A DNA stretch of 64,000 nt from a virus. Below the pieces are notes generated by a model that was not told the origin of the DNA, did no database searches, and was given only the letters and a program-made list of their open reading frames with translations. Where the stretch lies: positions 96,001-160,000 of IMG/VR virus record IMGVR_UViG_3300042988_001121. One strand, written 5' to 3'. Made by a program: the position numbers and the translations under genes. Each line of letters opens with the position of its first letter. Position 1 is the stretch's first letter. Shown piece after piece: positions 36,185 through 45,724 of the stretch.

Positions 36185-36634
36185 TTAATTGATTTCCTCA
36201 ACGACACAGTTTACGACACGCTCGGCATCATCTTCATCGGGGAAGGTTTCAAATCGTGTCGCGTACTCATTGCAATCCGGGGCGTCGAATACTTTATTAG
36301 TATCCTCGAACCGAGATTCTTTGATGGTGTCAATGAAAATAATTGCATCCGCACCAACGATTTCTCTGGTTTCTTTGGTTGGTGCAACCATGTCAATGAT
36401 AACAATATCGCGAGCTGAGTATAACGAGAATTCTCGCATTCTGCGTGCTTGTCGTAGGCGACCTGCATATGAGAAGTCCCAATCATTGTAAAACGAACGC
36501 ATTTCATCTGCATTCATTTTTCCGATTGTATATGTTGTCATCTGTTTAAACTTGCGAACAAGTTTTTCGGAGAATGTTGTCTTCCCCGAACCCGGAAGAC
36601 CCATAATGAGAATGGTATAAGGTTTCATGCGCAT
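36185..36634 (-). CDS. P-loop kinase (APS-kinase-like)
   Basis: GLPGSGKTT, NAD..R...DWDFS..GR.RQA.RM. Confidence 0.8.
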   Translation of the reverse strand: MRMKPYTILIMGLPGSGKTTFSEKLVRKFKQMTTYTIGKMNADEMRSFYNDWDFSYAGRLRQARRMREFSLYSARDIVIIDMVAPTKETREIVGADAIIFIDTIKESRFEDTNKVFDAPDCNEYATRFETFPDEDDAERVVNCVVEEIN

Positions 36635-36825
36635 CCTGCGTTGGAGTAAAACTTTTTATAAGGAGCGAACTTTAAACCTTTCACTCCGCCGTTCTGTTTC
36701 ACCAGACGGTCTATTTCAACAGAACCGATCTGATACAAATCTTTTTTATCATAACCACAGGCTTCGACCAGAAACCGTGTTTTGATATTAACATCACGAA
36801 CCAGAAAGTTACCGTAGTTTGTCAT
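36625..36825 (-). CDS. Hypothetical protein
   Basis: GAGG RBS after a -10 element. Confidence 0.6.
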   Translation of the reverse strand: MTNYGNFLVRDVNIKTRFLVEACGYDKKDLYQIGSVEIDRLVKQNGGVKGLKFAPYKKFYSNAGCA

Positions 36826-36867
36826 AATCGCCTCAAGTTTTGTTGATGATGTTATTGTATCACAGAA

Positions 36868-37308
36868 TTAGATCGTTGCGATCCAATCACGAACATTTTG
36901 AATTTCATCTGCAAATTTTTTATCGCGATCATCGACACGGTTGAAAGTGTCGTAAGCGTTATCATGTGCATCTTGAATTCGTTGCAGGAACTCGACAACA
37001 AACCCACGATGCGAATCAACAGTCGTTGTCAAAGAGAAACGAGAAATGATTTTAGACAAGTGTTTACGATTAGCTTCACTGGAGATTGTGGTGTATTGGA
37101 TTCCCTTCAGTTCATCTGGTTTCAGGAGCAATCCAATTGCACAACGCTTTCCACCATAAGAATAGCAGGCTCCTGATGCGGGATGACTGCACCCACCACC
37201 TTGTTTCTCTATTCGCCCTACAACTACATCAACCACATCAAGCATACGCTCACGAATGTAGTAACTTGCCTTATGAATGCGATTCAGTTTTACAGCGGCT
37301 CTGTTCAT
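36868..37308 (-). CDS. Hypothetical protein
   Basis: C.Y...RCAIG.L, LQ.IQDAHD. Confidence 0.7.
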   Translation of the reverse strand: MNRAAVKLNRIHKASYYIRERMLDVVDVVVGRIEKQGGGCSHPASGACYSYGGKRCAIGLLLKPDELKGIQYTTISSEANRKHLSKIISRFSLTTTVDSHRGFVVEFLQRIQDAHDNAYDTFNRVDDRDKKFADEIQNVRDWIATI

Positions 37309-37338
37309 ATAAACACCTCAAGTTTTGTTGATGATGTT

Positions 37339-37366
37339 ATTGTATCACAGAAATCTTTTATGTAGA
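37339..37366 (-). promoter_or_regulatory. Repeated early promoter
   Basis: TCTACA-16-TACAAT. Confidence 0.65.
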
Positions 37367-38023
37367 TTTTTCAAGAAACTTTTTTGCTTGTGCAATCATT
37401 TCCAGTTCATTGTACTCACCATTATGATCATTATGGAAAGCGTTGACGATTGCACTCAACTGGTCAAGACATTCCCCGATGGCATAACCATCGAGACTGT
37501 TGTGACGCGCTACATAAAGTTTATTCAACACATCATTGGTGTACTCGGTTCGTTTGACCTCAAGTTCCTGCCGCATATTTTTGATGAGTCCATCATAAAA
37601 ATTTCGTAGTCTATTACAGTAGTGTTGGAGAGTTTCTTTTTCGTAGATACAAATGTTTATCTCGGCGCAAGTAAAACCATCAGAACCATGATCAACACAT
37701 GGATTCAAAATAATTCGACTGATCAAAAATTCGCGTGAATAATCTTTATAAAGAGGCTCCTGAAGTAAATCATTCACTAGACGCTCGATCAAATTGTTCA
37801 GGCTCGGCAGTGATATTTCTGTTGGAACTACATCAAGTGTATGTAAATATTTTTCTCGATAGAGCAATACGGGTAATCCAGTACATTGTGATAGATAGTA
37901 TTCCGAACAGTTCGGAGTAATTATTTTGTGCGTTTCTCGTGGGTAACGAAAGAACACACTACGTAATTCACGGGCTTCCTGAAGAAGTTTCTTTCTTGTT
38001 TCACGTTCCATAATTAAGTCCAC
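37358..38023 (-). CDS. Hypothetical protein, paralog of 35269-35907
   Basis: Shared N-terminal and central motifs. Confidence 0.65.
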   Translation of the reverse strand: MDLIMERETRKKLLQEARELRSVFFRYPRETHKIITPNCSEYYLSQCTGLPVLLYREKYLHTLDVVPTEISLPSLNNLIERLVNDLLQEPLYKDYSREFLISRIILNPCVDHGSDGFTCAEINICIYEKETLQHYCNRLRNFYDGLIKNMRQELEVKRTEYTNDVLNKLYVARHNSLDGYAIGECLDQLSAIVNAFHNDHNGEYNELEMIAQAKKFLEKST

Positions 38024-38760
38024 AGGTAAGAACGATACTTGACGATGTTGGTCAAATGTTTGGTTTCCTTCTTTTTGAAGGCTTCTTCAAACTTACGAAT
38101 TCTAGTATAGATCGAATGGACTACATCATCACTAGCCCCGGTCACTTCATCATACATCGCATCTAAGTTAGTAGGAAAATCTTTCCACTCTGTTTTCGCA
38201 AAATGGTATGCAGCAATGATTGCAGCATATGCCTTCTTTCCGTTGGCATCACAATAATCATGCTGGTACTGAAGCCATTCAAGACCAATCTCTCCACGAC
38301 TCTGTAAGTTGTCATTTCGTGGAAATAATTTTCGCGTGAAATAGGATTGCTTATTGTAATCCTTGAAACGTACATCATCTTTATGACAAATCGCCATCAT
38401 GTGATAGCACTGGTCTTCCACAAAATTGATCAACTCAAACATCAACCCATCTTCGATCTTTGCATCGACCTCACACCATTCACCGCGCTTTTTTCGAGTG
38501 ACCATTACGTGGCGCGAATTCTTCCAGTTAGAAAGATAGTAGATGGCAGAACTAATCTTTTCTGGAATGAAATATACCAGCGACTGGAGACTATCTAGAC
38601 CATCCAAGGCAGTAGTAACGATTCTACGCTTAGTGGTAGATTTTTCATCAATGTGCCATTGATTCCACTGTTCAATATTTGCAGCAACAGGGTGTCGAGG
38701 GATATCAAATGTATCCCTAACAAAATTAGCAAAATTAGATAGGCTCCAATACTCACGCAT
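38014..38760 (-). CDS. Conserved T4-like phage hypothetical protein
   Basis: G.W.EVD, L..FVE, L..IVKYR..LWT. Confidence 0.7.
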   Translation of the reverse strand: MREYWSLSNFANFVRDTFDIPRHPVAANIEQWNQWHIDEKSTTKRRIVTTALDGLDSLQSLVYFIPEKISSAIYYLSNWKNSRHVMVTRKKRGEWCEVDAKIEDGLMFELINFVEDQCYHMMAICHKDDVRFKDYNKQSYFTRKLFPRNDNLQSRGEIGLEWLQYQHDYCDANGKKAYAAIIAAYHFAKTEWKDFPTNLDAMYDEVTGASDDVVHSIYTRIRKFEEAFKKKETKHLTNIVKYRSYLWT

Positions 38761-38762
38761 GA

Positions 38763-39008
38763 TTATTTCCTATAGCGACGAACTTCTTGTGTGAAGTTAA
38801 CAATCCAATCAAAAACAGTTAGCACCCAATAAGAGATGACAATGATGGCAGCAAAGAAATTGATCGGAGGAATAAAGATCATGAAGGCAGATTCCTTCAC
38901 ATCATGTAAAGAAAACGGCTGTCTAAAATTAAAAACTTGAGTCACTGCCACCAGAGCGAATACAACAATGACAGAAAGAAAATAGAACCAGATAAAAAAA
39001 TCAAACAT
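38763..39008 (-). CDS. Small membrane protein
   Basis: Two hydrophobic segments. Confidence 0.6.
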   Translation of the reverse strand: MFDFFIWFYFLSVIVVFALVAVTQVFNFRQPFSLHDVKESAFMIFIPPINFFAAIIVISYWVLTVFDWIVNFTQEVRRYRK

Positions 39009-39837
39009 TGGTGTTCCTCATAAAAGTGTTTCTTAGTTTATTCGTGTTGGCGCGAGTATATCGCTGATAAGTTATAGGGAATTTCTTTTCCAATGGTTCG
39101 ACATAACAATTATACTCGATTGCAGTTTCTTCTGCAATTTCTCGAAATGTCTTTGTCATTCCTGAGCCAACATTATAGACACCCGATTTGTAACGCATCA
39201 ACCGATCTATATAGTATAACACACGATCAATGGAAATGAAGTCTCGTCTTGCTTCTTCCTTTGAATTTTTTGCAACAAACAATGTAATTTTTCCTTCTTT
39301 CATTGCTTGTTTTCTGAACGAATAATGAGGGCTTGGTTGGTCTTTATGTGACTCGGTTTCGCCTTTTTCACTATAGACATTGAAGAAGCGCATTCCTATG
39401 GCAGTGATACCAGAATCAATCAACCTCTGTGCATCTACCTCATTCATTGCCTTTGATATGGCGTAGGGAGCGAGTTTGGTGTACGGTATTGGATCGGTTT
39501 CCTCGAACGGTCTGCTTGTCTCTGGATTACCATAAACCGCTGCACTACTCGCATATAGCACTCGCTTCACCCTGTATTTGATGCAAAGCGAAAACAGACA
39601 CTCGGTCATGGCAATATTGTACATCTGCACTTCTTCCATCGATGCATTGGTGTTGCTAATTGCACCAAGATGTATAACTGTTTCTATTTCATGATTTTGA
39701 AACGTATCAACCAAATCATAGTATGAGTGCGTTTTAACATCATAGAGGTGAATAATATAGGAAGGATTGTTGACCCAATAGTTGACTAAGTTCTGTCCTA
39801 TAAATCCACTTGAACCTGTGATTAGGATGTGATGCAT
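39001..39837 (-). CDS. NAD-dependent epimerase (HldD/RfaD-like SDR)
   Basis: TGSSGFIG, YASSAAVYG, YAISK, RFFNVY, RDFI. Confidence 0.88.
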   Translation of the reverse strand: MHHILITGSSGFIGQNLVNYWVNNPSYIIHLYDVKTHSYYDLVDTFQNHEIETVIHLGAISNTNASMEEVQMYNIAMTECLFSLCIKYRVKRVLYASSAAVYGNPETSRPFEETDPIPYTKLAPYAISKAMNEVDAQRLIDSGITAIGMRFFNVYSEKGETESHKDQPSPHYSFRKQAMKEGKITLFVAKNSKEEARRDFISIDRVLYYIDRLMRYKSGVYNVGSGMTKTFREIAEETAIEYNCYVEPLEKKFPITYQRYTRANTNKLRNTFMRNTNV

Positions 39838-39937
39838 TTAAACGCCTTATAAACGATTATTTCTTATTCTGATACCTACACATTAAAAAGCCGTTAAACC
39901 GCCTCAAAAACGGTTTTAACGGCTTCTAGAGGCATTT
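39836..39937. repeat. Composite palindromic element, copy 3
   Basis: TTTAAACGCCTTATAAACGATT at 39837; 11-bp inverted repeat at 39888-39898/39915-39925. Confidence 0.55.
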
Positions 39938-40232
39938 ACGCTTCTTCTGTTTGCTCATTCAGCAATTGTTGCTGACTAGCTTGCCTTGCCATGTCAAATC
40001 CACCGCTTTGCTCGAAATTCAGCAACTCAATCAAGCCACCATTCAGATTGTTGAAGGTTTCTTCATCGATGTAGTTGTTGACAACATCACCATTTTCGTA
40101 ACGAATGAATAGAACCGCAAACTTTTCGGCATCCGGTTCGGCTTCATCAACAAGAGTAAGCTGGAAAGTCGAAACTTTGTCCAGATTGAGAAACATGGCT
40201 TTTTTGGTATTAAGATTAAGACGTACAAACAT
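39936..40232 (-). CDS. Hypothetical protein
   Basis: Likely start MFVRL with AAGGA RBS. Confidence 0.6.
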   Translation of the reverse strand: MFVRLNLNTKKAMFLNLDKVSTFQLTLVDEAEPDAEKFAVLFIRYENGDVVNNYIDEETFNNLNGGLIELLNFEQSGGFDMARQASQQQLLNEQTEEA

Positions 40233-40242
40233 TATTTTCCTT

Positions 40243-41043
40243 TCAGACTTCAAACACTTTGATAACAAAATTATTGGCTATGGGTTCATGTCCTTTATAG
40301 CCCCGAGGATTATTTAGCATCCTGATTTTTCGAGTCCCGATTTCAGTTTCCTTGTCTACCGAAGTATGGGTATGCCCCGAAATATAGGCAACAGGATTAG
40401 CATTATAAACTACATCTTCCATGTCAGTACACCCATAATAGTAAGCGCCATTAAAAGTTCGGTCTTCCTGAAAATTAACAAACGGAGAATGATGGCTGAC
40501 CATGATCAATTTCTTATTTGTCATGGAGTTTTCTATCATGAATTGACGATCAGCGTCATGCATGTCACACCACTGCACGTTGGTTAACTTTTTTCTTGTT
40601 TCTTTTCGGCTTTGAATGTATCGAAAGTCATTCGTGCATCGCGTGGCATCGAACATTACAGAAGGGTCGCCCTTGTTCATGTCAGTCCATAGTGTTGCTC
40701 CAACGATTCTAATATCATTGTAATCGAACGCCACCTGTTTCGAATAATGAATGTTTGTAATAGCATGAGTCGCGAAATACTTTTCAACCAAAATTGGCGC
40801 ATCTTCTAACCAGACACCATAGTATTCGTGGTTCCCCGGAATCCAGATGACTTTTTCGTATTTCTTTGATGCAGCTAAGAAAAAGTCAATAACTCCCGGA
40901 TAACGATCAAGATTATTGGGAATGAAGGCATCCACTGTAACAATATCGCCTGCCAGAATAAGAATATCGGCGTCAGGTAGATCAAAGTCCATTCCCCCAA
41001 ATTCAAGATGCAAGTCCGAACAATAAGCAATTTTAGTCAACAC
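40243..41043 (-). CDS. Metallophosphoesterase
   Basis: SDLHLE, AGD, GNHEYY, SHHSP, GHTH. Confidence 0.9.
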   Translation of the reverse strand: MLTKIAYCSDLHLEFGGMDFDLPDADILILAGDIVTVDAFIPNNLDRYPGVIDFFLAASKKYEKVIWIPGNHEYYGVWLEDAPILVEKYFATHAITNIHYSKQVAFDYNDIRIVGATLWTDMNKGDPSVMFDATRCTNDFRYIQSRKETRKKLTNVQWCDMHDADRQFMIENSMTNKKLIMVSHHSPFVNFQEDRTFNGAYYYGCTDMEDVVYNANPVAYISGHTHTSVDKETEIGTRKIRMLNNPRGYKGHEPIANNFVIKVFEV

Positions 41044-41231
41044 ATTCCTCGCATGCTAACAATCTTGTCGGCTTCTTTTTGATAGCCACGAACAACAAGA
41101 GAATTCCACAGAAGGGCAATCTCTTTCCATTCCTCTGCACCATCTGAATAAACTTTCTTATCAGAGGAAAGATGATAACGCCAATTGTGTCGGATACAAA
41201 GACGTTTCAAATGATCTAGCTCAGGTGGCAT
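41037..41231 (-). CDS. Hypothetical protein
   Basis: ORF in operon context. Confidence 0.55.
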   Translation of the reverse strand: MPPELDHLKRLCIRHNWRYHLSSDKKVYSDGAEEWKEIALLWNSLVVRGYQKEADKIVSMRGMC

Positions 41232-41532
41232 GAAGTTCCTCTACCAGTTCTTCTTCCAAGGTTTCATCAAAGTTATCTGGCTTCACGGGTTTCAGCCAAT
41301 GGTCAGGAATGAATCCTTCCCGAGAATCCCCGTACATTGTTTCCAAGTTTCCTTCAACGCACCACAGATATCCATCCACAACAGAAACCCATGCCTCACC
41401 ATTATATCGGAAAGTATTGCCTGCATTAACGAAACCTATCAATGCCTTAGGTGTGACAATCTTACCAATATTCTTTTCACGAATAGCCTTAACAATGAAT
41501 GCTGGCTCCCCCGCTTTGTTTTTAACGTTCAT
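41221..41532 (-). CDS. Hypothetical protein
   Basis: ORF in operon context. Confidence 0.65.
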   Translation of the reverse strand: MNVKNKAGEPAFIVKAIREKNIGKIVTPKALIGFVNAGNTFRYNGEAWVSVVDGYLWCVEGNLETMYGDSREGFIPDHWLKPVKPDNFDETLEEELVEELHAT

Positions 41533-41837
41533 GAGAACACCTTAGTAAAAAAATCTTCTGAGTTAATTGCTTTGTCGCAGATCAACAGATCATAAGAGGG
41601 TTTATGATTCATAATCAACTGATAATACATACAGCCCCAAGATGCAAGTTGTTTTGCCGTGAAGTCACTGTAATCAACACCAGAAATATTTCCTCGGGCA
41701 GAATAATAAATGATCTGCTCACCTTCCATATGAAGGCGATTGAAATATTCAATTCTATCAGTCATCGGCACACATTCTTCATATGTTCCGTTGGTGCGAC
41801 AGATTGTTCCATCAATGTCAACGTAAATTTTAGCCAT
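41529..41837 (-). CDS. HAD-family phosphatase
   Basis: YVDIDGTIC motif I, YSARG, KPSYDLLICDKA. Confidence 0.85.
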   Translation of the reverse strand: MAKIYVDIDGTICRTNGTYEECVPMTDRIEYFNRLHMEGEQIIYYSARGNISGVDYSDFTAKQLASWGCMYYQLIMNHKPSYDLLICDKAINSEDFFTKVFS

Positions 41838-42189
41838 TCTGACTATCTCCGGGAATGATTCTGTAATTGTCTTCAACACTATCTGGTGTACTGACTTCCA
41901 GTATTGTACCACTTTCAATGCACAAAACTTGATGTGGCTCCAATACATCGTTATGAATTATATCACCACGCGATACATCAAATACACTCAGATCAGCATT
42001 GGTTGTGTTTATTTTTCTGATCTGAAATTTACCTGACATAACAATCCACGTTTCTGTCTTATTGGCATGGAAGTGCATACTGAATTTACCGCCAGCATCG
42101 AAAACCAGAAACTTACTGCAATACTTGTCATTTGTCACCCAAATGTCTTCGTATCCCCAAGCCTTCTCAACAATACCTTCGTGTCTCAT
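41830..42189 (-). CDS. Cupin (sugar isomerase/epimerase-like)
   Basis: K.WG.E, SMHFH..K.ETW, PH; EVST.D...D.YR. Confidence 0.85.
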   Translation of the reverse strand: MRHEGIVEKAWGYEDIWVTNDKYCSKFLVFDAGGKFSMHFHANKTETWIVMSGKFQIRKINTTNADLSVFDVSRGDIIHNDVLEPHQVLCIESGTILEVSTPDSVEDNYRIIPGDSQNG

Positions 42190-42578
42190 TTACTTCTTTC
42201 GATGATCTTTGAGCTAGAAAATCCGGGAATGCGTTCAAAGAACTTCAGTTCCTTGGCATACTGCGATCCGATAACAAGTTTATCTCTGTAATCAGAACCA
42301 ACCAGCATTATATCAGGATTCAGAATCTGAATGATCTGTTCGAGTTTTCTGTCTGTCTCAAAAATACCACATGGGTGAACACCTTTAATCCGACTCAACT
42401 GGTACAGCCTCTGACCTTCTGTGTGTATTGGTCTATCTGCTCCCTTCAGCATCTTCACTCTTTCATCGGCATCAATGGCAACATAAACATCACCAAGAGT
42501 AGACGCATAGTCAAAGAGTCTGAAATGACCGGGATGAAGAACATCAAACACCCCATTGATAAAAACAAGTTTTTTCAT
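42186..42578 (-). CDS. HxGH nucleotidyltransferase (RfaE domain II / HldC-like)
   Basis: NGVFDVLHPGH, LKG..RPI, GSDY, SSSKII. Confidence 0.88.
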   Translation of the reverse strand: MKKLVFINGVFDVLHPGHFRLFDYASTLGDVYVAIDADERVKMLKGADRPIHTEGQRLYQLSRIKGVHPCGIFETDRKLEQIIQILNPDIMLVGSDYRDKLVIGSQYAKELKFFERIPGFSSSKIIERSK

Positions 42579-45500
42579 TTTCTCGGAAGCACAGAAATAA
42601 ATCTGCTAGTAGAAGTCTCTGTTGAAAGCGTATCCAGTTTAGCTCTGATATCAGCAATCTCTGAAATCAGGTCAGACACCTTATCAGTCGTACATTCGTA
42701 TATAGCGATATTACTGAATCTGGTTCCAAATTCATTTTCCGTAATATTGCTGCGAATGTAATCTAATAAGTCATTCTTACTCATTTTTCGGAAGTCGATC
42801 TTATTGTCAATAACATGTTCAATGAAAAGTTTCTTGGCAGTCAGATATTCTACCTGATTATCATAGGTTTTCTTTTCGTAGTCCAATTTTTGCTGAAACT
42901 TTGAGAGTCGATACTCAACGAAGTGGTGTATCAACGAGGCAACGCTCTTGAAGATTTTTAGTTTACCGTGCTGATCCAATGTCGTTAGATTCTCGCTATG
43001 AATCTTCGCCAGCTTGAAATATGACAGCGGGTCTTTATCAATAGAATCTTTCTGCGCTCCAGTTACCTTAACAGTGAACACGAACCCGGCGTCACTACAA
43101 TGATCTTCATAGTCACGAATCTTATCAGAGTCAATCAATGTATTGAGAAAGGTGACATATGTAGCTCTGTCATATCCAACTGGCAATTCACTGATTTTAT
43201 ACTGATACTTGCCAATGTACTCGATCTTTCCGAGGCTCTTATACTGATTATCCCCAATAGAGACAACTTCTCCGTTAAATGAAGGAAACGAAGGCAGTAT
43301 ATCTGCATTGGTATCAAGAAATTTTGTTGGGTTCTTGATACATTCTTTCACAGCGGCTACCAATGAATGTGTACTACGCGGAAGAATATTTGAAGCAAAA
43401 CCAACAGCGATACCAGAAACACCATTGACAAGAACCCAAGGGATAACAGGTAGATAGTGCAGCGGAGCACATTGTTCAGGATCATCTGAATAATCAACGA
43501 CTTCTTCATCAATAAAAAATTTCTTGAAATTATCACTGAGTTTAGCATAGATATAACGTGGCGCAGCAGGTTCCTGAATCAACCTCGAACCAAAGTTACC
43601 CTGACCCTCAAAAATAGGAGCATTGTTAGACCATTCGGCAGTCATACCATTGATAGCAGCAATAGCAGAAACTTCGCCATGATGATATCCATATTTGGCA
43701 ACACTACCACCCAACTCAGATAACTTCTGAAACCCCTTTGGTGAATTCAACATCGCATGAACAAGAATTCGCTGAACAGGCTTCAGACCATCGATGACGC
43801 TTGGAATCGCCCGATTCTCTATTGTATACATTGAGTAATCAAGATACTCGGTGTCAATTGCACTGGTAATCGTTTTCTTGTCAGTCACAACAGGCTGAAC
43901 AAAATCTGTGTTCAACATCCATTCTTTTCTGGCATCAGCGGAGTCACCGAAAGCCATTTCAAGGCGCTCAATTCCTTCTGGTGTCACTGTGACATATCTA
44001 GGGTTATTGATGACCTCAGAATAGATATCCTTTGGCATTGACCCCAATCCCTTGAAGTAAGAAACATTCCAACCAGTGGAATCAAACTTCTGAAATTCAT
44101 CTATTGTGTCAAAGGTTTTTACTTGCTTACCTTTTTTGCAATAGTAAAGCGGAGCCAGTAACCTGACAACTCTACCGCCATCGAACAGTTCTTTCCAATG
44201 AGAAAACAGATTCAGCAACAGACAGAAGATGTTATTACCATCTGTATCCATATCCGTGAATATTGCGATACGACCGTAATTTAAATTCGTTGCTGGCTTG
44301 CCGAATTCTAGACCAATGATACTTAGTAACTCAGAGATTTCTTTGTTCTTCAGAATTTCAATCGGCTTCATTCCACGAACATTCATGACCTTCCCCTTAA
44401 GAGGGTATCCACCATGAATCTTTGGGTCACGAACTGTTAACAGGCTACCAAGAGCAGACTGACCTTCTGTAATACACAGAACTGTCTGTGAACGATCTTT
44501 ATTCGTTGCAGCAATATGATTGATGATAGGTGTACGCGAAAGAGTCTTCTTTTTCTTTTCTAGTTCGCGCCGTTCTTCCAATTCTTTTTTGTGTAGGATA
44601 GACTGAATCATTGGATCAATGATTTCAGGCGTGTTCAGAACACTTTTTGCGATCTTATCGAAGTCAAACCCACTAAGATGACTAGAAAGCTCTGCAACAG
44701 TATTCGTTAAACGTTCTTTGGTCTGACTATCAAACTTCATATTAACGAAGTTACGAAGAACAGTCACAACAGTAAGATGTTGACGGATTGAGTTAGGAAG
44801 AACATCAATCTTATGTTTCTTCTTGATGTGCTGGCGCAATGGTTCAATTACACGGTCAACAATATAATTGATATGCGTTCCGCCGTTCTTTAACCACAGA
44901 CCATTACAATAGGAATGCAATTGGAATTCTTCTGTTGCGCCGCTTGGCGCAAGAATAATTACACCAGCAGAATTTTCTGCAATGACATTGACTGGATTAA
45001 ACTTCGCTGCATACTCTGAAATTTTCTTCACTCGAATGGGTTCATCATTAAACGTGAATTTGATTTCAGGGAAACAGACAGCCAGATTCTCAAATTGATC
45101 TTTGAAGAAGTCAATGTGGTCTTGAGTCAACTCAGATAGCCCGAATGCAGCAACATCGGGAATGAAACTGACTCTGGTAAATTTTTGTGTCGATTCCTTG
45201 GTGTGAATATTCTTGATATTCGCATTACCATTACACAGCAACCGGAGATATGTCTTTCCATCAGAGGTTTCTCCAATGAATTCTGTTGAGAAAACATTGG
45301 TCAGAAAACTACCAACTCCATTTGCGCCAATGGTTTCACGGCTGTCATCAAAATTCGAACCTGCACGAGCCTGAGTCCATGCAAGAACAGGTCTATATTG
45401 ATTTGTTCCATCAACAATGGTAACAGGAATACCTCGACCATTATCTTCAACAATCACCTGATATGGTTCACCAAGAAGACCAAGGTCAACTTTCTTGATA

Positions 45501-45724
45501 CTCACGCTGATCTTATTAGCGAACTTGTATTTTGTGCGAACAGCTTCATCAATCGAGTTATCAATAATTTCTCGAATAATTTTACACAGCGCCGGAACAA
45601 TGGACAATGTTTGTTTCTGTCCAAAGAACATTCCTGTAATTTCTTCTACTGTCGCTGATCCAGCATACATCTGGACTCGTTTACGGATGTGTTCTGCATC
45701 CGTTAGAATTTTGAATTCACTCAT
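42575..45724 (-). CDS. Type IIA DNA topoisomerase, gp39(+60) and gp52 fused in one chain
   Basis: GHKL (EIIDNSIDE, DNGRG, GANGVG), TOPRIM (EGQSA, DMDTDG), DGLKPVQR, catalytic APRYI. Confidence 0.93.
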   Translation of the reverse strand: MSEFKILTDAEHIRKRVQMYAGSATVEEITGMFFGQKQTLSIVPALCKIIREIIDNSIDEAVRTKYKFANKISVSIKKVDLGLLGEPYQVIVEDNGRGIPVTIVDGTNQYRPVLAWTQARAGSNFDDSRETIGANGVGSFLTNVFSTEFIGETSDGKTYLRLLCNGNANIKNIHTKESTQKFTRVSFIPDVAAFGLSELTQDHIDFFKDQFENLAVCFPEIKFTFNDEPIRVKKISEYAAKFNPVNVIAENSAGVIILAPSGATEEFQLHSYCNGLWLKNGGTHINYIVDRVIEPLRQHIKKKHKIDVLPNSIRQHLTVVTVLRNFVNMKFDSQTKERLTNTVAELSSHLSGFDFDKIAKSVLNTPEIIDPMIQSILHKKELEERRELEKKKKTLSRTPIINHIAATNKDRSQTVLCITEGQSALGSLLTVRDPKIHGGYPLKGKVMNVRGMKPIEILKNKEISELLSIIGLEFGKPATNLNYGRIAIFTDMDTDGNNIFCLLLNLFSHWKELFDGGRVVRLLAPLYYCKKGKQVKTFDTIDEFQKFDSTGWNVSYFKGLGSMPKDIYSEVINNPRYVTVTPEGIERLEMAFGDSADARKEWMLNTDFVQPVVTDKKTITSAIDTEYLDYSMYTIENRAIPSVIDGLKPVQRILVHAMLNSPKGFQKLSELGGSVAKYGYHHGEVSAIAAINGMTAEWSNNAPIFEGQGNFGSRLIQEPAAPRYIYAKLSDNFKKFFIDEEVVDYSDDPEQCAPLHYLPVIPWVLVNGVSGIAVGFASNILPRSTHSLVAAVKECIKNPTKFLDTNADILPSFPSFNGEVVSIGDNQYKSLGKIEYIGKYQYKISELPVGYDRATYVTFLNTLIDSDKIRDYEDHCSDAGFVFTVKVTGAQKDSIDKDPLSYFKLAKIHSENLTTLDQHGKLKIFKSVASLIHHFVEYRLSKFQQKLDYEKKTYDNQVEYLTAKKLFIEHVIDNKIDFRKMSKNDLLDYIRSNITENEFGTRFSNIAIYECTTDKVSDLISEIADIRAKLDTLSTETSTSRFISVLPRK

